The position numbers were made by a program, and so were the translations under genes. From positions 1,157 to 65,156 of the IMG/VR virus record IMGVR_UViG_3300017829_000024: a DNA stretch of 64,000 bases. The stretch is one strand, 5' to 3'. Source of the DNA: a virus. Below are positions 16,801-26,146 of this stretch, piece after piece (within the stretch, counting starts at the first letter, position 1; each line of letters opens with the position of its first letter). Under the pieces are notes generated by a model, which ran no database searches, was not told the DNA's origin, and worked only from the letters and a program-made list of their open reading frames with translations.

Positions 16801-19800
16801 GAGCGCACTGATTGAGCCGCCTGATCAGGTATCTTCGATATTTGAGTGTGACACATTTGCCGAATGTGAGTTTATCGGCCTCGAGTTCATTGAGGGCGAG
16901 TTTGAGTGTGATGCTTTTTCAGAGTGTGAGTTCATTGGGGCGGTGGATGACGTTGTTCAGGACGTCGTCTCGACCTTTGATTGCGAGGCTCGGACAGAAT
17001 GCGAGTTTGAAGGCGTAGTCCAGGCGCCGCCAGAATGCCGGGTGGCCGCCGACGGCTTTCAGGATGGCGATGTCATTGTCCGGGGCGACACCCAGACTTT
17101 GAGCTTCGAGGCGCGCGATGACGTCGGCGTTGTGCGGGCTGAGCTCTATATCAACCGAAACCTGGTCCAGACTTGGCCGCCGGCCACGCCTCCAGCGCTG
17201 CCTTCTGATCCCGACACTTGGGTGCGGTTCGATTATCAGTGGGACACCAGCAATTACACCGGTGATGGAGCAGTCGTCACATTTGTTGCTTTTGATGCCG
17301 GCGATCGGGAATGCGCCGAAACGATCAAGGCCGATTTTGAGGATGCCCCGGCCGATTTCGTCTGCACCGTAACCGGCTTGACCGATGGCGATGTAGTGTC
17401 TGGGACTGAGCGGCTCGTCATCAGCGTGACAAACACTCCAGGGCTTGCTGAGGCCAGGCTGACCATCGACAACATTCTTGTCCGGAAATGGCCGCCTCCG
17501 CCCGATCAGGTCATTCAGGGTGTGGCGCAGCCTGACTTGCCCACCACCCGATCACAGAGCGAGCGGACCTTTACGTTCACTTATGACTGGAACACCACCG
17601 CCTCGCCGAACGAATCGGTCGTGATTCGTTTCATGGCCACGGATCTCGACGGTCGTTCGTGCGACCTCATTGCCAAGGCGGTCATTGAAAACCCGACGGC
17701 CGCTCCTGGCCGGGTCACATGCGCGCTTCAGGCCCAGACCGCAGCCGGTGGAGGGCAGCCCGCGATTTCGGATGGCTCGACGGTCACCGGCAACGTCTGG
17801 TTCCGAATCACCGCCAGCGCACCCACAGGAGGGCCTCTCCTTCGCCAGGCCGCGCTCACCATTGACGGGGACGACTTCTGGTTCGACAGCTTCCCAGGGC
17901 CGCAGAACGCCCTCTCCATTGTCGTGGGCCCATGGGACTCGGCGCCCAAGGCGGGCTCGAGCGTCATCGTGCGGCTCGAGGTGGTCGATGTGAACGGTGG
18001 GGTTTGCGTCAACTTCCTGAAGCTCGAGGTGGGCGGGACGGCGCCTCCGCCGGTTGAGGATGTGCCCTTCAACTGCGGTCTCTTCCTCTTCGCGAACAAC
18101 ATGGAGGTGAGCGACGGGGACGAGGTCACTGGGGAAATCGAGATTCGCTATAACGCCGAGTACGCCGCGGGGATCGCCGGCTTTGAGCTTTCGATTAATG
18201 GGTCGGTGCAGGACTCGGGCACCTTCGGGCCAACGCCGCCCATGACGCGTCTGCCGGCCACGCCGGCCGCTCCGGCGAACCTGGGGTTTGAGACGTTCAC
18301 TTGGAACACCTCGGCCCAAGGGGGCTCGGATGGCGTCTTGATTCGCCTGGATGTGGTCGGCCTCGATGGTCGGACCTGCACCGAGTTTTTCAAGGTCGAC
18401 GTGGGAGGCGTTGCCCCGCCGCCCATGGACGTTGCCCCGCCAGAATGCCGACTCGATGCGCGGATTGATGCTTCGAACCCCATCAATGACGGCGATACGG
18501 TCTCCGGAACGATTCAGCTCCTTGTGCGCGGTCGGGATCCGGCCGGGATCGCCGGCTACACCATCACGGCCGACGGCCGGACCATTGGCGGGCGAGACTT
18601 TCCGCCCGAGGCCATGACCACGCAATTCGGGTTCGACAGCGAAGGCAACCCGGATCCGACGGTCTTCAACTTTGATACGACGATCCTCGAGAACGGTCAG
18701 GATTTGATCTTCAAGCTTGAAGTGGTTGGGGTCAGCGGGCTGACGTGCCTGAGCTTTTTGAAGCTCACCGTAAACAACCCTGTCATTCCAGATGCGGACG
18801 TCCCGGTCTGCCGCATCAACTCTCCGCAGGATGGGGAAACGATTTCCGGAACGGAAACGCTCGTGGCAACAGCGAGCGACCCCGCGACCATCACGCGCAT
18901 AAGCTGGCAGATCGACAGCCAGCCGCCCATGGTGACCAACCTGGACATGCCTGAAGCGAGTCCAGATCCGTTCGAGCTCGAGCTCGACACAACGAGCCTC
19001 AGCAACGAAGGCCACATCATTCGGTTTGAGGCGACGAACGCCAATGGTGTCATGTGCCGCGACACGATCAAAGTCGAGGTGCAAAACGATCTGCCGACAT
19101 GTCAACTCACTCTGCCTGTCGCGGGTCAGTCATTTGTTGGGCCCTACGATATCGTCTTTCGTGTTCAGGCGCCTCGGGGTGTTCAGACAACACAGCTTTT
19201 CGTGGATGGTGTACCAATCGATTCGCGCACGTTTGACGACATGCCCACTGATACTGGATTTTTAACTTTTGGTGCATCGGTTGCGGATCTTTCAGTAGGC
19301 AACCACACTTTGAGACTATTGGCGGTCGACGCCAATAATGAAACGTGTGAGGAATCAGTTCAGTTTGTTCGGTCGGATGCAATACCTCCCACTGTTGATT
19401 TTTCTTTTCCAGGAGTAAATGTCACGGAATTCACTACGGCTGCGGCGGTCTCCTTTCGCGCCCGAATACGCACATCGGGCGGCCGTTTTGCTCGCCGAAT
19501 CCTGATGCTAAAAAACGGTGTTCAGGTAGGACAGGTTGGCGAAAGCTCTGCCAGCACTTCGCTGTTAGAAACCCCAGTATTCACGTTTCAGCCAGGCAAC
19601 GAACCGAATGGTCCGGTTGTTTTTACGGCAGTTGGAACCGATTCTGATGGCGTAACGAATCGATTTGAGCGCCGTTTTACGATCAATATCGGAGCAAATA
19701 GATTGCTTCGGATCACTCCATCAACCCCGCCTGCAAACCGGCTTGTCACCTACACCTCAAGCATCAGTCTTTTGGCTTCGATCCAACCCACGGGCTACAG

Positions 19801-21520
19801 CCTGAATCCGGACCTGGTCTCTCGCCGCATCTACATCGATGACGATCTCCTCATGGAGAATCGTTCGACATCTCAGATCAATCAAATTCGATTTAATTCC
19901 TGGAACCCAACTGCGGCCGGCCTGACGAATGGACAGCACATGGTTCGTTTTGAAGCAGAGACAAGCGATGGCCGAATTTGGTCTTCAGAGGTGCCTTTCG
20001 TCTTCAACGGCGCGACACCTGGCCCCACGATTGCGTTCACGCGGCCTGAGGCGAATGAGGTTGTATCTGGCTCTGTAACGGTTGATTTTGACCGAACCCT
20101 GCCGCCCGGTGCCATGTTCAATCGTCTCGAGTTTTTTGTGGATGACGAGACTGACCCAAGCCTCGAGTTCACGGAAGAGCCCACCAGCTTTCAATGGGAC
20201 ACTTCTTCGTCCGTCGATGGAGAGCACACACTTCGTTTGCGCATTACGGATTCAAACAACCGATCAGGTGAAGCAACACTTGAGGTCATTGTCCGCAATG
20301 CGGACACAACCCCGCCTCGGGTCACGTGGAACACACCGGCTGCCGATGCGGCACTGGGCTTTCCGCTGGCCAATGGGAATCCAAATCCGCAGCAGTCAAC
20401 CCCTCTTTCAGTTTCGGTCATCGACGATCAGAGCGAAGTGCGCCTTGTGGAGTTTTTGGTCGACGGCACGCTCATCGACTCCGAAACCGCCAACACGCGC
20501 GCTCCAAACTATTCGGGCACCTGGGAGTTTCGAAACTGGCCTGATGGGCCACATCTTTTGACGGTGCGCGCCACCGATGAGCACGGCAATCGAGGGGAGG
20601 CCACACGTCGAGTGTTCGTCCGGAGCGGCGGCGAGGGCGGCGCAATCCCGACCGCGCCCACGGTCGACATTCAACAGCCGACCACTGGATCCACGGTCTC
20701 TGGGGACATCCCAGTTCGAGCAACGGTTCTCGGCGACAACGTTCAGACCACGCAGCTTTTCGTGGACGGCACGATCTTCCGGACGAACCAGGGCCGAGAC
20801 GGGGCCTTCAGCCTTCCGACCGACGAGTTCACGAACGGTAACCACACACTCACGGTCCGGGCGGTGGATGCGCAGGGCAACGTGGGAACGGACTCGGTCG
20901 TCATCACAATCGCGAACGAAGCGGCGCCCGCGATCTCGGTGCGCATCGATTCGCCCATGGACGGATTCACGGTCACCGGAGACAGCGAGGACATCGCCTT
21001 TACGGTCACCGGCGGAACCGCGCCCTTTTCGGCGCAGCTCATTGTGGACGGAGCCAATGTCGGATCACCCGTGAATATCACCGGGGCCTCCGGCATGCTC
21101 ACGTGGCCGACGGCCGGCGCTTCGAATCGAGGCTACACGGTTTCGGTTCAGATCACAGACAACGCTTCGATGATGGCGTTCGACACCATCAAGCTCACCG
21201 TGAGCCGCCCCGACGGCGGACCCCGCATCACTTTCGTGGGCCCGACAAACATCCCCTCGAACAACATCAATGTGGTTGCGCAAATCCGCGTAGATGGCAC
21301 ACGCACAGTGACGCAAGCTTTCCTTCAGGCGGGCGCCGACGCCGCCATCACCCCAGACACCACCCTTCCCGCCGCTCCAGGTTCGATCATTCGGTTTACA
21401 TGGCCGATCCCGTCTTTCACCGGCGAGTCGCGACAGTACCCGTACACCTTTACGGCGCGCGATTCTGAAGGAAATCCAAGCAATGTGATCCGAGGGATCT
21501 GGACGATCGACCGAAGCTAG
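13802..21520 (+). CDS. Giant tail tip/adhesin protein: hub-like N-terminus plus about 14 tandem bacterial Ig-like domains
   Basis: About 2570 aa; repeats such as PTVDIQQP..GSTVSG...QLFVDG...TNGNHTLTVRAVD; RBS GGGAGAG before ATG 13802. Confidence 0.85.
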   Translation: MRELGDRLRKLLALQGVTPVMRLLVQVPQETVLRVTDVAATGPTVSIVDREGMIQTADAAAGASDVLVRTPADRAKAIAKAIQDAEVEGLWANSDADRSDVGFVRIVVAPELNQLPQILAGGTEVVDTPATPGAVRFVELNSSDVPMSAIGGAVGEVDQPSGFGTIVEAESLKTAIDVRSREPIGAAFLIRVAGGEGIRRLFLVHPPQSLRLNLFLGAYHARDEVRVAAANQFIGPAVPEFESFGQWYVSEEPVGHPDGTVTLTIIDEISRLANLKLQPLQFRYLHPYQAIEEHLETIGLRSGAGYAPGTFNPTRNPTKGHFIVGNYNLDQNYIVESPRDAQERSISFTKTLQDLLVTTGDALRINDEGNLELILYDPTTEPVRHFRAGPDTGFDATVPELVSPHMYNRIVWDVPISLLTPANRDGVDQKYPERISQKFESEASRIWLRKIEDLSIENPYIGRATSGGRPVTGSVWNTFVPLNYGQDSMVFEPYTDSAGGLIAGSDRVRVKHPHVSNWCGLRVVMPDYNLEEPANDERYDRLYDPDFKNPFTGSYPAFEYDELVYEDDVANLNPEEGRIAFIRFDPPGGRKRVLDLPVAEMSGLFQFEGREIIPDEPEFLPEVIAIDEWIVLLGDEPGNVHQIRTHARAVLLNRFDASLAERENLPEFIRVDPYIREAVLEDLQFHIAGDFMQLDPEEFPQYRRIISTRGDGRGINNTLVPHAWALRPAPNPRAPKDVATMSDITIATYRSAELLNRFEFGAPEIRFDVRISNLDLQLADVITIDDPSYVGYRRSGLDRTVTFEITGLEYHWLADQPRITITAVQLADNGNTSPYALKPTRLVPENMVPRNRGVEYLRRSEDFSPDAEIGFSASTLTAEWKRTNSAQSSLEAEFRVMRWRPVKNYTHVLGRFVATGIVYNAVTQNYRTFRVETDYTFDYQGVLSLRSTGQASKLRESGALPEDMEIRLDAVNNALEVWAIGTEGEQKEAQVNAELHAIEQSALIEPPDQVSSIFECDTFAECEFIGLEFIEGEFECDAFSECEFIGAVDDVVQDVVSTFDCEARTECEFEGVVQAPPECRVAADGFQDGDVIVRGDTQTLSFEARDDVGVVRAELYINRNLVQTWPPATPPALPSDPDTWVRFDYQWDTSNYTGDGAVVTFVAFDAGDRECAETIKADFEDAPADFVCTVTGLTDGDVVSGTERLVISVTNTPGLAEARLTIDNILVRKWPPPPDQVIQGVAQPDLPTTRSQSERTFTFTYDWNTTASPNESVVIRFMATDLDGRSCDLIAKAVIENPTAAPGRVTCALQAQTAAGGGQPAISDGSTVTGNVWFRITASAPTGGPLLRQAALTIDGDDFWFDSFPGPQNALSIVVGPWDSAPKAGSSVIVRLEVVDVNGGVCVNFLKLEVGGTAPPPVEDVPFNCGLFLFANNMEVSDGDEVTGEIEIRYNAEYAAGIAGFELSINGSVQDSGTFGPTPPMTRLPATPAAPANLGFETFTWNTSAQGGSDGVLIRLDVVGLDGRTCTEFFKVDVGGVAPPPMDVAPPECRLDARIDASNPINDGDTVSGTIQLLVRGRDPAGIAGYTITADGRTIGGRDFPPEAMTTQFGFDSEGNPDPTVFNFDTTILENGQDLIFKLEVVGVSGLTCLSFLKLTVNNPVIPDADVPVCRINSPQDGETISGTETLVATASDPATITRISWQIDSQPPMVTNLDMPEASPDPFELELDTTSLSNEGHIIRFEATNANGVMCRDTIKVEVQNDLPTCQLTLPVAGQSFVGPYDIVFRVQAPRGVQTTQLFVDGVPIDSRTFDDMPTDTGFLTFGASVADLSVGNHTLRLLAVDANNETCEESVQFVRSDAIPPTVDFSFPGVNVTEFTTAAAVSFRARIRTSGGRFARRILMLKNGVQVGQVGESSASTSLLETPVFTFQPGNEPNGPVVFTAVGTDSDGVTNRFERRFTINIGANRLLRITPSTPPANRLVTYTSSISLLASIQPTGYSLNPDLVSRRIYIDDDLLMENRSTSQINQIRFNSWNPTAAGLTNGQHMVRFEAETSDGRIWSSEVPFVFNGATPGPTIAFTRPEANEVVSGSVTVDFDRTLPPGAMFNRLEFFVDDETDPSLEFTEEPTSFQWDTSSSVDGEHTLRLRITDSNNRSGEATLEVIVRNADTTPPRVTWNTPAADAALGFPLANGNPNPQQSTPLSVSVIDDQSEVRLVEFLVDGTLIDSETANTRAPNYSGTWEFRNWPDGPHLLTVRATDEHGNRGEATRRVFVRSGGEGGAIPTAPTVDIQQPTTGSTVSGDIPVRATVLGDNVQTTQLFVDGTIFRTNQGRDGAFSLPTDEFTNGNHTLTVRAVDAQGNVGTDSVVITIANEAAPAISVRIDSPMDGFTVTGDSEDIAFTVTGGTAPFSAQLIVDGANVGSPVNITGASGMLTWPTAGASNRGYTVSVQITDNASMMAFDTIKLTVSRPDGGPRITFVGPTNIPSNNINVVAQIRVDGTRTVTQAFLQAGADAAITPDTTLPAAPGSIIRFTWPIPSFTGESRQYPYTFTARDSEGNPSNVIRGIWTIDRS

Positions 21521-21534
21521 GTTTGGATAGCGGT

Positions 21535-22056
21535 ATGCGTGCGCCCTTTGTGAGCTCCTACACCGCATTCCTTCTTGCGCTGACCTATCTGGCCTCGGCG
21601 GTCTTCATGGGCAGTGCCATCGGCATTGCGTTCGCGGATCAGCCGAAGCCGCCAAAGCCGAAAGTCATCGTTCCTATTGTCGACGATCTTGAGGACATCG
21701 ACACATTCAAAAAAGAGGGGTTCGGCAAGCTGATGCAGGCCGCCCGGTTCGGGGTGCTTCCGTATGGCGAGCTGAAGTCCGAGCTTCAGGGCACGTGCCT
21801 TGAAGCTCACCACCTGCTCGAGCAACGCTTCGCGCCGCAGCTTGGCCGCCGACCGCGGGACATGCTTTCGGTCGCAGTCACCGACGATGAGCACCAGGTC
21901 TTTACGAACGCCTGGCGAAAGGCCATTCCGTACGGCAAGAAGACGCGCAAGGCGACGCTCGACCAGATCCATGGCGCTGCGTGTCAGATCTACAAGGGAC
22001 ATCAAGCCTTCCTCGACGCACTGAACATCGATTGCCCGTACGACCGCGACCGATGA
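21535..22056 (+). CDS. Signal-anchored/secreted protein with HNH-superfamily polymorphic-toxin-like nuclease domain
   Basis: N-terminal hydrophobic segment; PYGELK..LEAHHLLEQRFA...MLSVAVTDDEHQVFTNAWRKAIPYG as seen in RHS toxin tips. Confidence 0.65.
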   Translation: MRAPFVSSYTAFLLALTYLASAVFMGSAIGIAFADQPKPPKPKVIVPIVDDLEDIDTFKKEGFGKLMQAARFGVLPYGELKSELQGTCLEAHHLLEQRFAPQLGRRPRDMLSVAVTDDEHQVFTNAWRKAIPYGKKTRKATLDQIHGAACQIYKGHQAFLDALNIDCPYDRDR

Positions 22057-22114
22057 CCTGTGGTCGGCGCGCCCGGGGACCGGGCGGATCTGCTACCCTG
22101 GTAATCTTGCGCAG

Positions 22115-23059
22115 ATGAAGTCACTAAACGCCAAGTTGATATGGATTCTGGGGCTGTTCGCCCTGATCGCCTGCGAAGCGCCGACGGAAACAGAGCTCGA
22201 CTCGAGCGAGGTCGTGGTCGACCCGGGCCTTGTGATCGTGCCGCACCCGGAGTGGGCGCGCCCGACGCTCGAGAGCCCCAACTTCGGCTTCGTCACGCCG
22301 GTCTGGAACTCGGTGCGCGTCGTTGCGTCCGCCCCGAATGGGGTCACAGGCGTGCTGTTCAAGTCGCCGACGGGTCGAATGGTGTTCGATGCGGTGCGTC
22401 CCTTTTCGGTGCGCTTCGATTCAACAAAGCTCCCGAACGGGCCGACTCAGGTGGCCGCCTGGGCGACCGAGGCGGACCCCGAGCATCACTTCGGGCAGGA
22501 CGGGGCCGTCACACAGCACTTTGGACCGGGTGTCACCTGGCAGTTTCAGGTCAACAACGCGCAGCATCCTGACAACCCCTGTCCGCACACGATTCAGACG
22601 CGCAAGAACGATTGCGGAAACCTTCAGCCGCAGCATGTCGACGAGATCTTTTCACACGATGGCGTTGACATTTCATACGTGATCGAGGGCCCGGTCAGCG
22701 ACACGACCGCGCAGATTAAGCGGCATTCCGATTTTGTCGGCGGGCAGACGAAGTTTCTGCTTATGGTTCCCGGCGAAGGACGGATCGCAAACCTCTGGCT
22801 CGATGCGCGAGGAACCCTCAGTCACCATCAGCACACTGCGACGGGATCACTGAAGGGGCCGGACGGATTCGAAATGCCCATCAACGTTCATACGTTTGGT
22901 GGGTCGAGCCGGTTCATGACGAACGCCCAAGAAAACCTCTCGTCCTTTTTTGGGCGAGAGGCGAAGGGTAAATGGATCCTGAAGCTTCAAACCCCGGAGG
23001 GCGGGCGCCTAGATCACTTTAGTCTCAGGCTGAAGACCGATTGCGTGTTCGTGCCCTAG
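22115..23059 (+). CDS. Lipoprotein with C-terminal proprotein-convertase P-domain-like module
   Basis: Lipobox LIAC; FFGREAKGKWILKL...GRLDHFSLRL. Confidence 0.65.
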   Translation: MKSLNAKLIWILGLFALIACEAPTETELDSSEVVVDPGLVIVPHPEWARPTLESPNFGFVTPVWNSVRVVASAPNGVTGVLFKSPTGRMVFDAVRPFSVRFDSTKLPNGPTQVAAWATEADPEHHFGQDGAVTQHFGPGVTWQFQVNNAQHPDNPCPHTIQTRKNDCGNLQPQHVDEIFSHDGVDISYVIEGPVSDTTAQIKRHSDFVGGQTKFLLMVPGEGRIANLWLDARGTLSHHQHTATGSLKGPDGFEMPINVHTFGGSSRFMTNAQENLSSFFGREAKGKWILKLQTPEGGRLDHFSLRLKTDCVFVP

Positions 23060-23462
23060 GCACAGGCGGAATGTCGGTCGAGAACGTTCGACCCGGTGTC
23101 AACGTATCTTCCAAATGCACGTCATCTGGACTTGCAGTCGGTAAATCCTCTGACAAATCGTTCAACTCGTAAACCCTGAGTCTGTCCTCGATTTTGGCGC
23201 AGCACACCATCAGAGCGCGCCGGTATCCGATCATGAAGTCCGACGAGACCGCCGGATGGTTGGGGATCCGGTTCGCCTCCCATTGGAGCTCTTTCAAAAG
23301 CTGCCGAAAGGTCGCTGCCGGCTGGCCCTCATAGACGGGGACCAGGGCTTTGCTTTCGCGGCGAGGAGGCCGATCGATGATCTCGGTGACGTCGCCCATC
23401 GCGAGATCGTCGGTGTCGGCCTCCTCGTTGACCCAGTCGATCACCTGTTCTTCGAAGCGCAT
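23025..23462 (-). CDS. Hypothetical protein
   Basis: TGATG coupling to the upstream lipoprotein gene. Confidence 0.5.
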   Translation of the reverse strand: MRFEEQVIDWVNEEADTDDLAMGDVTEIIDRPPRRESKALVPVYEGQPAATFRQLLKELQWEANRIPNHPAVSSDFMIGYRRALMVCCAKIEDRLRVYELNDLSEDLPTASPDDVHLEDTLTPGRTFSTDIPPVPRARTRNRSSA

Positions 23463-25132
23463 CAGTCTTCGCTCAGGTCGCAATCCGAGAGGTCGAACAA
23501 GAGCGCGAAATCAGTGAGGATGGCGTTCTTCGCGGTCGTCACGATCTCGGCGTTCCACTGGCCCTTGGCGCTCTGTCCAACGGCCGAGGTCATCTCGCCC
23601 GTCTTCGTCCACGTGTTAGTGCGCGCTTCTGCGCCCGGCGTTCGATTCATCGACCAGAACCCCCCTCCGGGCGAAGTCAAGCGAACGTCGGTCGTCGAAC
23701 CCTGCGGAAGGTTGTTGATCACTAGGAGAAGGTTTGCGGTCCGAATCGTGCCGCGGCCGCGGACGATGATTCGAACGCGGTTGGTCTGCCCCCTCAGGAG
23801 ACGAAGCGTACGGACGGGCAAGAGGTCGCCGCCTTGCGCGTCGCTCGAATAGACCGCGGCGACCTTCGTTCCGTCGTCGAAGACGGTTCCCGCGCACCGG
23901 TGCGTTTGCATATCGCTGATGAACACGGGCTGTGAGACGAGCGTGCTAAATCGGCTGTTGTCTTCGGCCGACCGGGCTCGAGCCTGAATCGTCTTGGCCC
24001 CATCGCCCGCAGCCTTGGCGCCAAAGCGCGCCTCGAAGGGCCGCATCTCATCAAGTACGACCTTCCCGCCGGGCAGCCTGAACTCGACTGCATCGACGCT
24101 CTCAGGCGCCGTAGCGCGCACGAGGACAGAGTTCCACATCAGGTTATTCGAACCGAAGCTCGGCCGCGTGATCGTCGGGACAGCGACAGCCTGCTGAGCC
24201 TGGGCAGTTTCCCGGCATTCGGTCGTTAGGGTCAGGCTGTAATTCGTGAGACGCGCGGCCGCGGCCGTCGTTTTGATGCGCAAAAGCCACTGACCTTGTG
24301 CGGCCTTCCCGTTGAAGGCGGTCGTGATCAATGGAGAGAAGTTAATAACAAACGTCCCGCGAAATCCCGGTTGAACGGTGGGATTTGGCACGGTTACGAC
24401 GGTTGTTTTATCCGGGCCACGAAGTTCGATGGAGGTGATCTGGTTAGCGTTTGTAAGCCCGGACATGCCGAGGTTGAGCTGAACTCTCTCAAGGGTGCCC
24501 TTGCCTCGAGCTTGGATGACAAACCTGTTCAGCTTGTTTTGAAGAAGGACGGACTCCCTCGCAGGAATCGCAATGCTCCGGCCGCCGCCGATAGCGACCG
24601 ACTGAGCGCTGGATGCATCTGAAGAGATGAGACGAACCTGTCCCGGCGTAATCCCGCCCGAGCCCGGGATGCCTACGCACTTGCCGGTCTGGTGCTGAGC
24701 AATGCGAAAATTGATATTGAGCGGCTCGCTATACGCGCCGTGGTTATTCGCCCGACGGGCGCGCACCTTCACGACCTGGGCGCCCGTGTGCTGGCCGTTC
24801 ACTGCATTGAAGCGAATGGTGAACGGGCGTTTCTGGTCGATCGCCTTGCGACCATTGGGCATCTCGAAAAGAACCGCGTCGACCGAATCGTCCGCAACTG
24901 CCACCTCGAACTTGATCGAGTTCCACATGAGGTTGGGGAGCGCCGAAGGTGTCGTATAGTTCGGCCGAACAACCGTAGGTTTCGTGATCGTTGCGTCGGT
25001 CGTGAAGGAAAAGTCGCGCGGCACAGTGCGCGCTTCACCAATGTCAATCTCTGTTGCAGGATCGCCGCCGCACCCGAAGAGCGCGGGAAAGAAGGAAAGG
25101 GTCGCCGTCGCGACCAGGGTCCGAAGCTTCAT
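23462..25132 (-). CDS. Lipoprotein with two tandem copies of a (WNS domain + P-domain-like) module
   Basis: Lipobox LFGC; NLMWNSIKF/NLMWNSVLV, FNGKAAQGQWLL/GQSAKGQWNA. Confidence 0.7.
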   Translation of the reverse strand: MKLRTLVATATLSFFPALFGCGGDPATEIDIGEARTVPRDFSFTTDATITKPTVVRPNYTTPSALPNLMWNSIKFEVAVADDSVDAVLFEMPNGRKAIDQKRPFTIRFNAVNGQHTGAQVVKVRARRANNHGAYSEPLNINFRIAQHQTGKCVGIPGSGGITPGQVRLISSDASSAQSVAIGGGRSIAIPARESVLLQNKLNRFVIQARGKGTLERVQLNLGMSGLTNANQITSIELRGPDKTTVVTVPNPTVQPGFRGTFVINFSPLITTAFNGKAAQGQWLLRIKTTAAAARLTNYSLTLTTECRETAQAQQAVAVPTITRPSFGSNNLMWNSVLVRATAPESVDAVEFRLPGGKVVLDEMRPFEARFGAKAAGDGAKTIQARARSAEDNSRFSTLVSQPVFISDMQTHRCAGTVFDDGTKVAAVYSSDAQGGDLLPVRTLRLLRGQTNRVRIIVRGRGTIRTANLLLVINNLPQGSTTDVRLTSPGGGFWSMNRTPGAEARTNTWTKTGEMTSAVGQSAKGQWNAEIVTTAKNAILTDFALLFDLSDCDLSED

Positions 25133-25358
25133 CCTCTTGGGATAGCGAGCATCGCCGGGGGGTTTCCACCCTAGCGCGTCGACTGGCCGCTCAACCGCAA
25201 TTCCCCATGCAGGTCACAATTGAAATGAGTGATGATTCGTCACCGTTTCACCCATCGCGTGCGTCGGCCCCGCGCGTTCTTGGCCGAGGCCGTGGCGAGG
25301 CGCGTCATATTGCGGCGCTTATGTCTCGAGGGCTTTGCAGGCTTGGGCTTTCGCATGG

Positions 25359-25868
25359 CTATGGGCCTCGATCGAGGATCGTCGCTTTGGCAAGCTCAAT
25401 GGAGCCAAATGCCAGACCGAACCCGATCGCCAGCGTCAAAAGCCGAGCCCACCAGGGATCGCCCACCTTGTTGAGCTTGAATCGGAGCTCAAGGTTTTCG
25501 TCGAAAAGCACATCGGCCCTGCGCTCCCACTTCGTCGCTCGCGCCCGCGCAGACGTTGCGGTCCCCACGGTGAGCTTCAAAGCGGCCCGCGTATCGGAAA
25601 GCTCGAACTTGAGGTTTCTGTTCTCTTCCTGAAGGGAGGGCATGCTGTCGTAGGCCAGCTCCATGTTTTCGAAGAGCCCGATCGGCACCCACATCCCCGG
25701 TGCGCCGGTTTTAGGGTGAGGCATGGACTGCACCCCGACCCCCTGCGAAGGCGGCGGACGCAAACTGAACGACGCCAAGCTAGGCCTCGGGGGCAATGAG
25801 CCCATGGCGAAGGTTAAAGCGGCGAGCGCGCTCATCGTTTTCGAGCTCTTGCGATAGTTCCCGGGCAA
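25359..25868 (-). CDS. Spanin-like partner (coiled coil with C-terminal TM)
   Basis: Overlaps upstream TM/coiled-coil gene; follows holin-like gene; no clear lipobox. Confidence 0.4.
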   Translation of the reverse strand: MPGNYRKSSKTMSALAALTFAMGSLPPRPSLASFSLRPPPSQGVGVQSMPHPKTGAPGMWVPIGLFENMELAYDSMPSLQEENRNLKFELSDTRAALKLTVGTATSARARATKWERRADVLFDENLELRFKLNKVGDPWWARLLTLAIGFGLAFGSIELAKATILDRGP

Positions 25869-26133
25869 GCTTCAACCTTTCTTCTTCAAGCTCAATACGT
25901 CGCGCGCGTGCTTCGGCGGCCTGACGCAATAGACGTTGCGCCTCGGAAAGGCTTGTCTCTTCCTCGGCGCGCTTTTCGTCGGATGCGGCCTTTGCCTTAT
26001 AGCGCTCCGCTCGGGCGCGCTTTTCGTCGGCAACGCCCATGCGATACCGCTTGCGGTCCCACCAGTACATACCGATGGCGGCCGAACCGAGCAGTCCCAA
26101 TACGGCCAAAACCCACATCACGAAAGCACGCAT
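25780..26133 (-). CDS. i-spanin (Rz)-like protein
   Basis: N-terminal TM helix then charged coiled coil. Confidence 0.5.
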   Translation of the reverse strand: MRAFVMWVLAVLGLLGSAAIGMYWWDRKRYRMGVADEKRARAERYKAKAASDEKRAEEETSLSEAQRLLRQAAEARARRIELEEERLKLARELSQELENDERARRFNLRHGLIAPEA

Positions 26134-26146
26134 AGGCCTTCACCGA

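Noticed and set aside
17552-19105. 517-aa minus-strand ORF (likewise 29216-30355, 56104-56997, 60923-62305)
   Set aside because: Fully antisense to well-supported genes
13802-21520. Diversity-generating retroelement target
   Set aside because: No reverse transcriptase and no template/variable repeat pair seen in the window
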